NCBI GenBank assembly: GCA_044347755.1
Contig: JBIKUE010000009.1
Location: 1,933 to 65,932 of the forward strand
Reading direction: 5' to 3'
DNA from: Saprospiraceae bacterium
GTDB lineage: Bacteria > Bacteroidota > Bacteroidia > Chitinophagales > Saprospiraceae
DNA length: 64,000 bases
Position 1 is the stretch's first letter, and each line of letters starts with the position of its first letter. Shown here piece by piece: positions 36,246-45,471 of this stretch. Below the pieces are notes generated by a model. It saw only the letters and a list, made by a program, of their open reading frames with translations, was not told the origin of the DNA and made no database searches. The translations under genes and the position numbers were made by a program.

Positions 36246-37241
36246 ATGAAAAAAATCGGAATTCTCCACGGAAAAGAAAGCTCTTTTCCAGAGGCTTTTG
36301 TGGCCCGTGTTAATGCCAAAAATGTGAAAGGTGTAATGGCAGAACCCACCCATGTAGACGAGTTGATGCAGGGTAATCCAACACCTTATGCCGTAATGAT
36401 TGACCGAATCAGTCAGGACGTGCCGTTTTACCGCGCCTATTTGAAAAATGCTGCGCTGAACGGAACTGCTGTACTAAACAACCCTTTCTGGTGGAGTGCC
36501 GACGAGAAATTTTTCAACAATTGCCTGAGCACCAAAATTGGCGTTCCGGTACCCAAGACCATTTTGTTGCCTTCCAAGGAAATGCCGCCTGATACTTCTG
36601 GTCAGAGCTTCCGCAACATGAAATACCCGCTGGATTGGGAAAAAATGATTGACTACCTGGGTGGTTTCCCACTATTCATGAAGCCTCATGCCGGAGGTGG
36701 ATGGAAAAACGTGTATAAAGTAGAAAATTTCGATGAGTTTTTCCGCGATTACAACGAAACCAATACCCTGGTTATGTTGCTGCAGGAAGCCATCAATTTC
36801 GATGCTTACTTCCGATGCTATTGTCTGGGTGGCAAATATGTGCGCATCATGGACTACGAGCCACGTAATCCACACCACCTGCGTTATGTAGCCGATCATA
36901 AAGTGAGCAAGGAACTTCGCCAGCAAATGCATGATCTGGTACTTCGTATCAATCAATACCTCGGCTACGATTTCAATACTGTGGAATTTGCTATTCGCGA
37001 TGGTATTCCTTATGCCATCGATTTCTGCAACCCTGCTCCGGATGCCGATGTCAATTCTGTTGGCGAAGAAAACTTCGAATGGGTAGTGGAAAACGCTGCC
37101 AATATGGCCATCGAAAAAGCCCTTGCCCACAAAGAAGGCGGCAATAACCTTACCTGGGGTCAGTACGTACAAGATTCCGTTGTCGGAAAAATGTCGGCTA
37201 TTGCAACAGAGACTAAGGCTGCCAAAGGCAAGAAAAAGTAG
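36246..37241 (+). CDS. ATP-grasp family protein (substrate unknown)
   Basis: ORF 36156..37241 trimmed to ATG 36246 (MKKIGILHGKESSFPEAF). The size and layout (FMKPHAGGGWKNVYKV ... TVEFAIRDGIPYAIDFCNPAPD) resemble ATP-grasp ligases. The call is by-eye only. Confidence 0.6.
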   Translation: MKKIGILHGKESSFPEAFVARVNAKNVKGVMAEPTHVDELMQGNPTPYAVMIDRISQDVPFYRAYLKNAALNGTAVLNNPFWWSADEKFFNNCLSTKIGVPVPKTILLPSKEMPPDTSGQSFRNMKYPLDWEKMIDYLGGFPLFMKPHAGGGWKNVYKVENFDEFFRDYNETNTLVMLLQEAINFDAYFRCYCLGGKYVRIMDYEPRNPHHLRYVADHKVSKELRQQMHDLVLRINQYLGYDFNTVEFAIRDGIPYAIDFCNPAPDADVNSVGEENFEWVVENAANMAIEKALAHKEGGNNLTWGQYVQDSVVGKMSAIATETKAAKGKKK

Positions 37242-37447
37242 TGTTTGAGTGTTCGGGTGTTTGAGTTGGCGTTCGGCTTGGAATTACCACCAGACTCTGG
37301 GTATTGGTATTGTTCTAAATACCTCTGAAGTATTTAAAAAATAAGGGATGCTAAACAACAAAATACTCAAACACCTTACTGCGGCAGCATAAGACACCTA
37401 GCCGAACGCCAACTCAAACACCCAAACACTCAAACACCCAAACACTC
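37241..37447. repeat. intergenic 38-nt inverted repeat built from gtgtttgag words, ~120-nt spacer
   Basis: gtgtttgagtgttcgggtgtttgagttggcgttcggct (37241-37278) pairs with agccgaacgccaactcaaacacccaaacactcaaacac (37400-37437) with 1 mismatch, plus an extra ccaaacactc. It spans the whole gap from stop to next ATG. Confidence 0.85.
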
Positions 37448-37450
37448 TCT

Positions 37451-38611
37451 ATGTACCCGGATCTTTCCTATCTTTTTCACGACCTTATCGGAACGTCGCC
37501 CGATAATTGGTTGTCTATTTTTAAAACCTTCGGATTTGTACTGGCACTGTCGTTCCTGGTGAGCGCACTGGTGTTCAATATTGAGTTGCGGCGCAAAGCC
37601 AAAGAAGGCTTTTATGTTCCTGATGTGGTGAAAATAACGGAAGGATTGCCGGCTACTATAGGAGAAATCCTGTCGAATGCCGTGGCAGGACTGCTCATTT
37701 TCGGAAAAGGCATGTATGCCTACCTTCATTATGCCGAATTTCGACACGATCCTGCGTCAGTCATTCTCTCTGGAAAGATGCACTGGATTGGCGGTATTCT
37801 GGGCGCCGCTGCACTGGCCGGATTTACCTGGTGGGATGGTCAGCGCCGAAAAATGCCGGAACCAAAGGTTACAGAACGCAAATTATACCCACACGACAGG
37901 CTCAGTGAAATGACCGTAATGGCGGCCATTGGCGGAATACTGGGCGCCAAACTGTTTGATTTGTTCGACAACTGGGAGTCCTTTATTCAAGACCCCATTG
38001 GTTCCTTAGCCTCCGGAGGTGGACTGGCCTTTTTTGGCGGATTGGTGATGGGATTTGTCATGGTAGTCTGGTATATGTGGCGCCATAACATTCCATTCTG
38101 GCCTACTGCAGATGCCGTTGCACCAGCTCTGACTGCCGGCTATGGATTTGGCCGAATTGGCTGCCAACTTTCTGGCGATGGCGACTGGGGTATCGACAAC
38201 CTTGCACCAAAACCCGATTGGATGTCTTTCCTTCCCGACTGGATGTGGGCATACCGTTACCCACACAATGTACTGAAGGAAGGTGTGCCTATGGAAGGTT
38301 GCCATTTTGATTACTGCCGGGAGCTGGCCAATCCCGTATTCCCTACCCCATTTTATGAGGTAGTAATGATGAGCATCATATTTGCCATTCTGTGGTCTTT
38401 ACGCAGCCGCATCAAAACAGTGGGCATGATGTTCTTCATCTATCTGGGACTCATTGCTGTGGAACGTTTCATCATTGAAAAAATACGGGTGAACGTGGTA
38501 CACGATGTGCTTGGGTTCCAATTAACGCAGGCTGAAATTATTTCTATTTGCCTGTTCCTCATTAGTCTGGGTGGCATGGTGTACGTGAGTAAGTTTCGGG
38601 ACAAATCGTAA
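37451..38611 (+). CDS. lgt: prolipoprotein diacylglyceryl transferase
   Basis: 386 aa, polytopic. The motifs GGLAFFGGLVMG, FGRIGCQLSGDGDWG and FPTPFYEVV parallel Lgt signature regions. Confidence 0.8.
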   Translation: MYPDLSYLFHDLIGTSPDNWLSIFKTFGFVLALSFLVSALVFNIELRRKAKEGFYVPDVVKITEGLPATIGEILSNAVAGLLIFGKGMYAYLHYAEFRHDPASVILSGKMHWIGGILGAAALAGFTWWDGQRRKMPEPKVTERKLYPHDRLSEMTVMAAIGGILGAKLFDLFDNWESFIQDPIGSLASGGGLAFFGGLVMGFVMVVWYMWRHNIPFWPTADAVAPALTAGYGFGRIGCQLSGDGDWGIDNLAPKPDWMSFLPDWMWAYRYPHNVLKEGVPMEGCHFDYCRELANPVFPTPFYEVVMMSIIFAILWSLRSRIKTVGMMFFIYLGLIAVERFIIEKIRVNVVHDVLGFQLTQAEIISICLFLISLGGMVYVSKFRDKS

Positions 38612-38666
38612 AGCAGTAGCTTTTCATCGCGCACTTTGCGATCTTCGCGGTGAAACCTTACTTAGC

Positions 38667-40445
38667 ATGAAACGAATCTTATTCGCCTTCCTCCTGTTTC
38701 TCCCCTCGCTTGTACAAGCGCAACCGGAATTTGATCAGCGACTAAACTTTGATCAGATCAAAGAAATGCTCGCTGAGGGTATCAGTGACAAAGACCTGCG
38801 TAAACAAGCCCTGGCCTGGTATCATTGGGCGTATTATGACGAAGAACAAACCGGCCTTTCCGACTCTGCCTTTCAGTATCTGGCCCGAAGTGTAGATCGC
38901 TTTGGGAAGTCTGGTGATTCCCTGGCCTACCATCGTACCCGTGCCGATCTGGCTGATCGCATGGCCGCACGTGGTCTTCACGATGAAGCCATTAAAATGC
39001 AACAGGATGCGCTGGCATTTTCTGAAAGAACCGCCAATCTGTACCTCAAAACTCATCTGCTGGCTCGCCTTAGTCGTATCTATTCAGATAAAGGCGATGT
39101 TCAAAAATCTTTGGTTCTACGCAGAGCTTTTACCAAGGAAAACCAGGCCCTGAAAGACACCGTACTGGATATCCTGGTGGCCAAACACGAGGTAGAGCAC
39201 AACGGAAAGATTGGGAAATATGCCATAGCCCGGTATGAAGCCTCCAGCGCACTCCGGTTGGCGGAGCAGATCAAACGACCTGATTTTATCACCTGGGGTC
39301 AATATTCCGTAGGCAAATACAGCAATTTGGATGGCGACTATAATATGGCCCTGTTTTTCCTGAAAAAAGCGGAAAAATCAGCCCCCAGGACCAATGTAGC
39401 ACTTCGACACGACATCTGCCGGCAGCTATCTTCCGCTTATGCATCGCTGGACAGCCTGCAGCTGGCCCTTCACTACGCCACTCGTTCTTCAGAAATTGGC
39501 GATACCCTGCTTGCTTTGGAGCGTGAGGCCGCTTTACATCGGCTGGCTTTGCAATTTGACACCCGGGAAAAAAGAAGAGAAATTGCCCAACTGGAGAAAG
39601 AAAAAAGCGAAGTGGAAGAACAGTCCAAACAACAAAAAATTGGCCTGACTACGATGGGTGTTGCTATTGCGGCCCTGATTCTCGCAATGTTTGTAGTAGT
39701 GCGCGATTACAAGCACCGGATCCGAATGGATAAAATTGTTTCTGCTCAGCGGGAAGAGATCAACCAGCAGAAAATTCGGGCGCTCGAAAACAACCTTAAA
39801 ATTGAATCCATGCAAAGTATGCTCGCTGGTCAGGAAAGTGAGCGCCAGCGTGTGGCTCAGGATTTGCACGATAGTGTGGGTGGATTATTGGCAGCCGTAA
39901 AAATTCAGATGGAAACCATCAATGCCAAAAAGCCTGCACTGTCAAAAGACGAAGATTGGATAAAAATTCGAATGCTACTGGACGAAACCGTTTCCGAAAC
40001 CCGGCATATCGCCCGGAATATGCAGCCCAGCGCTTTGCTGGAATTTGGGTTGGTTACAGCCTTGCGCGATCTCACTTCCAGGGTTCATGGCAAGGGTATG
40101 CCTCAAATAACCTTTCAGCATTTTGGCGATTTCAGTGACCTGGATCGTGATCTGGCCTTAAATTGTTATCGAATCATTCAGGAGTTGGTCCAAAACAGCC
40201 TTAAACATGCCAAGGCAAACGAGATCTTGGTGCAGATAACCCGCACCGAGGCTGAAATAGCCCTTCATGTGGAAGATGATGGCAAGGGATTTAACCCAAA
40301 TACCACCCAAAAAGGCATGGGAACAGATAATTTGGCCCGAAGATCACAGTTTTTAAATGCCGATTTAAGCGTTCAAAGCGCTGTTGGGCAGGGCACCAGC
40401 ACTGTGGTAACCGTTCCTTTAACCAAAACTCAGGGTAAACCCTGA
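38667..40445 (+). CDS. sensor histidine kinase (HisKA_3/NarL-partner type) with TPR-like N-terminal region
   Basis: 592 aa with a signal peptide and one internal TM segment (GLTTMGVAIAALILAMFVVV). The H-box is ERQRVAQDLHDSVGGLL and a HATPase_c segment (N-box QNSLKHA, G-box EDDGKGF ... GMGTDN) follows. No response regulator is adjacent. Confidence 0.85.
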   Translation: MKRILFAFLLFLPSLVQAQPEFDQRLNFDQIKEMLAEGISDKDLRKQALAWYHWAYYDEEQTGLSDSAFQYLARSVDRFGKSGDSLAYHRTRADLADRMAARGLHDEAIKMQQDALAFSERTANLYLKTHLLARLSRIYSDKGDVQKSLVLRRAFTKENQALKDTVLDILVAKHEVEHNGKIGKYAIARYEASSALRLAEQIKRPDFITWGQYSVGKYSNLDGDYNMALFFLKKAEKSAPRTNVALRHDICRQLSSAYASLDSLQLALHYATRSSEIGDTLLALEREAALHRLALQFDTREKRREIAQLEKEKSEVEEQSKQQKIGLTTMGVAIAALILAMFVVVRDYKHRIRMDKIVSAQREEINQQKIRALENNLKIESMQSMLAGQESERQRVAQDLHDSVGGLLAAVKIQMETINAKKPALSKDEDWIKIRMLLDETVSETRHIARNMQPSALLEFGLVTALRDLTSRVHGKGMPQITFQHFGDFSDLDRDLALNCYRIIQELVQNSLKHAKANEILVQITRTEAEIALHVEDDGKGFNPNTTQKGMGTDNLARRSQFLNADLSVQSAVGQGTSTVVTVPLTKTQGKP

Positions 40446-40701
40446 GTTTAAAACCCGGCTTTGCCCTGATATTTCACAATGAAACTTGCCTGACTTTTGT
40501 GTTGGGCATTTCATGAACCGATTACAAACTTGCCCTACCCCCCGATTTTCATTCTTGTTGTTCTCGATAAGCATTTTGCTATTTGATGACTTCGTTCTAA
40601 ACCTTTTCTATTCCGGCGTAATGCTGAATCCAATCAAGGACGATCAAGTTGGTACACTTTAAAAACTTCTTCGTCTGGTTACTTATCCTTTAGGCAGATT
40701 T

Positions 40702-40738
40702 AACCGCCCGCCACTCAATGGAGTAGCGGGCGGTTTTA
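40702..40738 (+). terminator. GC-rich stem-loop followed by a T-run inside a 440-nt ORF-less region
   Basis: aaccgcccgc cactcaatggagta gcgggcggtt tttac. It is oriented for plus-strand transcripts, ~260 nt after the kinase stop. Confidence 0.4.
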
Positions 40739-40885
40739 CTATAATGTCACCGCTACGCGGTTTTTGGGGTCGCTTCGCGACGTTGGGCGGGGAGTTGGTG
40801 GGAATGAGTACTTTTGAGCTGCTGAGTTTGTGCCTGGAGTCCATTATCCCGGGATCAATTCCAGCGGCCAATAGACTTCCTGCCA

Positions 40886-41359
40886 ATGCAATTAACCCAT
40901 ACTCCTGCCCGAACATTCGTGGGTATCTCCTTGTCTATGAGTTTGCTAGACAACAAAACGGCTGAACTTTGGCAGCAATTTATGCCTCGTAGGCATGATA
41001 TAGCAGGTCGGATTGGCTCCGATTTATATTCTCTTCAAGTGTATCCGGAAAGATATTATCAGCAGTTTAACCCAGCCACAGTTTTTGAAAAATGGGCGTT
41101 GGTGGAGGTGGTCCCAGGTACGGTTCCACCGGAAGGCATGGAGGTTTTCCTGCTCCCCCAAGGTGATTACGTGATGTTTGTACACAAGGGCGATATCTCG
41201 GCTTTTGTTCAAAAATTGCAATATGTGCTACGGGAATGGATACCAACATCCGGGCTTTTACTGGATGAACGACCACATTTTGAAGTGCTGGGTGAAAAAT
41301 ACCGGAATGGAGATCCGGAGTCGGAAGAAGAAGTATGGGTGCCCGTAAGGCAGCCTTGA
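40886..41359 (+). CDS. GyrI-like small-molecule-binding domain protein
   Basis: 157 aa. ARTFVGISLSMSLLDNKTAELWQQFMPR ... PHFEVLGEKYRNGDPESEEEVWVPV fits the GyrI-like/AraC effector-binding pattern. There is no DNA-binding domain. Confidence 0.7.
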   Translation: MQLTHTPARTFVGISLSMSLLDNKTAELWQQFMPRRHDIAGRIGSDLYSLQVYPERYYQQFNPATVFEKWALVEVVPGTVPPEGMEVFLLPQGDYVMFVHKGDISAFVQKLQYVLREWIPTSGLLLDERPHFEVLGEKYRNGDPESEEEVWVPVRQP

Positions 41360-41461
41360 ATATTTCATCTCTCTTATTTTTCCAATTCTGCTGAACAACT
41401 TACTTTTCGGGCTGTTTTGAAGGCTCCACTCCTCAAGTTATTTACAAAATTCATCATAAAA

Positions 41462-42079
41462 ATGGCATTCACCTTACCAGATCTACCCTATGCCCACAAT
41501 GCGCTTGAACCGCATGTGGATACACGTACCATGGAAATTCACCATGGTAAACACCACGCCGCTTATGTCAATAACCTCAATGCTGCGCTTCAGGGCACCG
41601 AGCATGAGGGCAAAAACCTGGAAGATTTGTTTGCCATGATGAGCAAACTCCCACCGGCAGTGCGCAACAACGGTGGCGGTCACTGGAACCATACCATGTT
41701 CTGGGAAATCATGGGCCCTAATGGCGGCGGTGCTCCAACCGGCGATCTGGCCTCTAAAATCAACAAGAATTTCGGCTCTTTTGAAGACATGCAAAAACTG
41801 TTTGCTCAAGCCGCCACTACCCGCTTCGGCTCAGGCTGGGCATGGCTTTGCGTGGATGAGAACGACGATCTTTTTATTACTTCCACGCCAAACCAGGACA
41901 ACCCGTTGATGGACGTTGCAGATAAAAAAGGTCGGCCTATCCTCGGCCTTGATGTTTGGGAGCATGCTTATTACCTGCACTACCAAAACCGCCGTCCGGA
42001 TTATATCACCTCCTGGTGGAACGTAGTGAATTGGGAAGAAGTTGGCCGTCGGTACCGCAGTGCCGTACGCATCAACTAA
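41462..42079 (+). CDS. Fe/Mn superoxide dismutase
   Basis: ORF trimmed to ATG 41462 ([32 protein letters not shown]). The C-terminal motif is [18 protein letters not shown]. Confidence 0.92.
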   Translation: MAFTLPDLPYAHNALEPHVDTRTMEIHHGKHHAAYVNNLNAALQGTEHEGKNLEDLFAMMSKLPPAVRNNGGGHWNHTMFWEIMGPNGGGAPTGDLASKINKNFGSFEDMQKLFAQAATTRFGSGWAWLCVDENDDLFITSTPNQDNPLMDVADKKGRPILGLDVWEHAYYLHYQNRRPDYITSWWNVVNWEEVGRRYRSAVRIN

Positions 42080-42099
42080 ATCTCAGTTAAAATAGATAA

Positions 42100-42142
42100 A
42101 ACGGGGGCTGTCTGAGTTTCATCAGGCAGCCCCCGTTGTTTT
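42100..42142 (+). terminator. rho-independent-type terminator after the SOD gene
   Basis: aacgggggctgtctga gtttca tcaggcagcccccgtt gtttt. The stem is 16 bp with 1 mismatch. Confidence 0.65.
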
Positions 42143-42183
42143 ACCATTGGTTCTACCTATTTTTGTGGCCAGAATCACATGCT

Positions 42184-42690
42184 ATGACACTATCCGAGCT
42201 TTTTGAATACCTCGATGCCAATCCGGTCACGGTGGTTGGTTACTTCTTGCTAATCCTGATTACTGCACTTCTGGCAGGAATGATGGGCCGAGGAGAAGGT
42301 CACCTAAGCCCCTGGAAATACCTGTATGCTACGATTGTTTACCTGGTATGTGTACCAGGTATTTTTGCCGCTGCACTTGCGGTATACCTTTTTCTGTTTG
42401 AAAAAGGGGGAAGTATTTTTAATGTCAATCTGCTTACACAGGCACTGCCTATTGTTGCCATGCTAACTACGCTGACGGTTGTACGAAGGAATGTCGCATT
42501 CGGGTCTATCCCGGGATTCGGCAAGCTTACGGACCTGATCATGACTATTTTTAGTGTGTTTGTGCTGATGTACTTCCTCAATCGCCTCCATTTGGTGGCC
42601 TGGGTATATGTGCCGGTACAATGGTTGATCCTGATCGTGGCTGCATTGCTACTGATTGTGCGCTTCGGACTCAAACGCCTTACCTCCTGA
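42184..42690 (+). CDS. hypothetical integral membrane protein (about 4-5 TM segments)
   Basis: ORF trimmed to ATG 42184 (MTLSELFEYLDANPVTVVGYFLLILITALLAG). Its stop overlaps the next start (TGATG). Confidence 0.6.
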   Translation: MTLSELFEYLDANPVTVVGYFLLILITALLAGMMGRGEGHLSPWKYLYATIVYLVCVPGIFAAALAVYLFLFEKGGSIFNVNLLTQALPIVAMLTTLTVVRRNVAFGSIPGFGKLTDLIMTIFSVFVLMYFLNRLHLVAWVYVPVQWLILIVAALLLIVRFGLKRLTS

Positions 42691-43235
42691 TGAAATCATT
42701 GGTTTGGAAATTATTGATAGTGCTTTTACTGCCAGCCTGCACGGATAATTTAAAAGAAACTCGTCAGGTATTCACGCAGGACGATGTAGCCGTAGAGATT
42801 GGCCGGGAAGTGGAAATCCTGTATTCCGACAGCGCTTATGTACGGGTACGGGTAATCGGACCATTACTACACAACTACTCCAGTCGTGAAAAACCCCGAC
42901 AGGAATTTCCGGAAGGCATTCAAATGGATTTTTTGATGCCTGACCTAAGCGTGAGAAGTGTCCTGACCGCTAAATCGGCCACACGCTATCAAACAGAAGG
43001 CCGAATTGTGGCGCGTGATAGCGTGGTAATTACGACCGTCAAGCAAGAAAAACTGGAAACAGAAGAGCTGATCTGGGATGAAAAAACAGCCAAGATCCGC
43101 ACCGATAAATTCGTTAAAGTAAGTCAGCCCGGTGAAGTCATCTATGGATTCGGGCTGGAAGCTGAACAGGATTTTTCCTATTGGCGCATCCTGGTGCCCA
43201 AAGGCAGAATAAAAGTGGAACAAATACCTAATTGA
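42690..43235 (+). CDS. LptC-like lipoprotein (LPS export periplasmic component candidate)
   Basis: ORF trimmed to ATG 42690 (MKSLVWKLLIVLLLPAC lipobox), 181 aa. It is beta-rich, and the gene order with a following CBS/CorC gene is common next to lptC in Bacteroidota. The call is tentative. Confidence 0.5.
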   Translation: MKSLVWKLLIVLLLPACTDNLKETRQVFTQDDVAVEIGREVEILYSDSAYVRVRVIGPLLHNYSSREKPRQEFPEGIQMDFLMPDLSVRSVLTAKSATRYQTEGRIVARDSVVITTVKQEKLETEELIWDEKTAKIRTDKFVKVSQPGEVIYGFGLEAEQDFSYWRILVPKGRIKVEQIPN

Positions 43236-43346
43236 GTGTTTTAGTTGACGTTCGGTTGGGTATGGCCGGGAGCTAATCGATTTTAAGGTTGCTGTTGCCT
43301 CTGAAGCACTAAAACACCAAAACACTAAAACACTAAAACACCAACC
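43236..43346. repeat. intergenic element with gtgttttag / ctaaaacac word repeats
   Basis: The left end gtgttttagttgacgttcgg starts right after the stop. The right end is cactaaaacaccaaaacactaaaacactaaaacaccaacc. Confidence 0.7.
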
Positions 43347-43371
43347 ATTGAACCCTCTTTCATCCACACGA

Positions 43372-44340
43372 ATGGCCGGATGGTTTTCGGCGCTGCGGAT
43401 AGGTAGCCATACCTTTCCCGCAACCCTGTTGCTATTGACCATTTCAACCCTGGTTACCTGGTGGTTATTGCCGTTATTCCAATATTTACTCGGTACCGGG
43501 CCGGTAGCTGTGATCGTGGTACTTTTTTTAATCTTTGGGGTAATATTGTTGTTTAAAAGCCTGATATTTAAGGGAATATACAAAAATCCTCATCTCGACG
43601 GTGAAGCGGCGTTGCTGGAATATTTGGTACAGCAAAACCAATCCGGCGCACCGGGGGAAGAAGAAGTGGAGATGGAATTGCTGGAAAACGCCCTGCACCT
43701 TAAGCAGGTACGTGCGCATGACTGTATGGCACCCCGAAATGAAATTATTCATATTGATGTGAACGCCTCGGTAGCGGAGTTAAGGGAAACGTTTATTCAA
43801 AGCAGGCTTTCACGCATTGTTGTAACCGCCGGCGGAGATTTGGACAGAGTACTCGGCTACGTGCATGTACAGCAATTGTTTCGGCAACCGAAGGATATTC
43901 ACAGCATGGTGATGCCCATTACTTTTGTTCCGGTGAGCATCCAGGCCAACGACCTGCTGAATAAATTTGTGAAAAATCGCACCAATATTGCCTGTGTGGT
44001 TGACGAATATGGCAGTATTGCCGGCCTCGTAACCATGGAAGATGCTTTAGAGCAACTTTTTGGTGAAATTGACGACGAACACGATCAGGAGGAGTTTATT
44101 GAAATCCAGATATCTGATCAGGAGTTTATGTTTTCCGGCCGCTTAGAGATCCAATATCTTAATGAAAAATACCCCCAGTTGGACCTGCCGGAAGGCGATT
44201 ACAATACCCTTTCCGGTTATATTGTCAGCGCCACACAAACCATCCCTGAGCAGGGCCTTCGCATTAAACTCGACGGTAAAACCTTTCTCCTCGAGTTGGT
44301 CAGCGATCGGAAAATCGAAACGATCCGGGTGATGGTGTGA
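43372..44340 (+). CDS. hemolysin/CorC-family protein (CBS pair plus CorC_HlyC domain) with N-terminal TM segments
   Basis: ORF 43348 (TTG) trimmed to ATG 43372. The CBS region starts at VRAHDCMAPRNEIIHIDV and the C-terminal transporter-associated domain at FSGRLEIQYLNEKY... Confidence 0.8.
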   Translation: MAGWFSALRIGSHTFPATLLLLTISTLVTWWLLPLFQYLLGTGPVAVIVVLFLIFGVILLFKSLIFKGIYKNPHLDGEAALLEYLVQQNQSGAPGEEEVEMELLENALHLKQVRAHDCMAPRNEIIHIDVNASVAELRETFIQSRLSRIVVTAGGDLDRVLGYVHVQQLFRQPKDIHSMVMPITFVPVSIQANDLLNKFVKNRTNIACVVDEYGSIAGLVTMEDALEQLFGEIDDEHDQEEFIEIQISDQEFMFSGRLEIQYLNEKYPQLDLPEGDYNTLSGYIVSATQTIPEQGLRIKLDGKTFLLELVSDRKIETIRVMV

Positions 44341-44464
44341 TACCGGTATAAAAAGCGAAAGGCCTCCCACAGCAGGGAAGCCTCCACGCATTCAAACTTG
44401 CAGCGAATCTTTTTGTGTTTACCTGATTTGGGTAAAATATGGTCTTTTGTAGTCCCGCGTTTCA

Positions 44465-45145
44465 TTAGGCGAGCTTTTCCACATCGCGGATGAGGATGCT
44501 GTTTCGATTGAAATATATGAGGTTTGAGCGTTTTAGTTCGTTAAAAACAGAAGTCACGGTTTGTCGGCTGGTGCCGGTTAAACTGGCAATCTCCTGCTGG
44601 GTCAGATGATGTTTCACCAGCGTTTCAAAACCAACCCGCCGACCCTCGCGAGTAGCCGTTTCCTGTAAAAATTCGATGATCCGTTCCCGGGCATCCTTCA
44701 CAACCAGTTTGGCCAGGCGCTCCTCCACACGCTGTAATCGCTGGGAAATATGCGCCATACAAGCAAAAATTAATCGTTGATTATCCTGCATCAACTTTTG
44801 GAAATCCTTCAGTTTGATCACAAGAAACTCGGCGCCATCATGCAAGCTTTGGGCAAATTCACTCCGACAAGTTTCTCCTGCCAGCGTCAAATCGCCAAAA
44901 ACCATCTGCGGAGCAATAATCTCCTTGATAATCTCCCTTCCTTCGCCGGAAAAAGTGCCAGTCTTAATGCGACCTTTCGTAAGAAAATAAAGGTGTTCGG
45001 CCGTCTCGTCCGGTACGTAAACAAAATGATAGCGAGATGCAACCTGGTGGTGTGCCGCATCTGCCAGTTGAGCCACTTCCGTCTCGTTTAGGGAGCCAAA
45101 CATTGGCAGTGATTTCAGGTAGTTGATTTTTGCTTGCTTGTCCAT
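44465..45145 (-). CDS. Crp/Fnr-family transcriptional regulator
   Basis: ORF trimmed to the ATG at comp. 45145 (MDKQAKINYLKSLPMFGSL). It has a cNMP-binding-like N-terminal domain and the C-terminal HTH LTQQEIASLTGTSRQTVTSVFNELK. Confidence 0.85.
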   Translation of the reverse strand: MDKQAKINYLKSLPMFGSLNETEVAQLADAAHHQVASRYHFVYVPDETAEHLYFLTKGRIKTGTFSGEGREIIKEIIAPQMVFGDLTLAGETCRSEFAQSLHDGAEFLVIKLKDFQKLMQDNQRLIFACMAHISQRLQRVEERLAKLVVKDARERIIEFLQETATREGRRVGFETLVKHHLTQQEIASLTGTSRQTVTSVFNELKRSNLIYFNRNSILIRDVEKLA

Positions 45146-45471
45146 GAGTAAGGCTTTTGTGTTGATTATGAAGATTGATGGAACAAAAGTATCCTTACCA
45201 GACCGCCATAAAAAGGACAAATTCGCAGGTTTGTCGAAATAAAAAATAAAATTATTAAGCTTTAACAAATTGAATATCAATTAATTAAAACAACTATCAA
45301 TATCAAAGAATATGGAAAATTCCTTTTGAAATCAATGAAATAACCACGGTTTTTCGCCCTATTCCACCCACCTTTGTACTTTGAAAACGACTTACGGCAG
45401 ATAATTTGCAGTAAATCTCCGCGAGCTTTGATAAGTCGTTTGGTCGTATTCACCCACTTTCCGATTATCCC

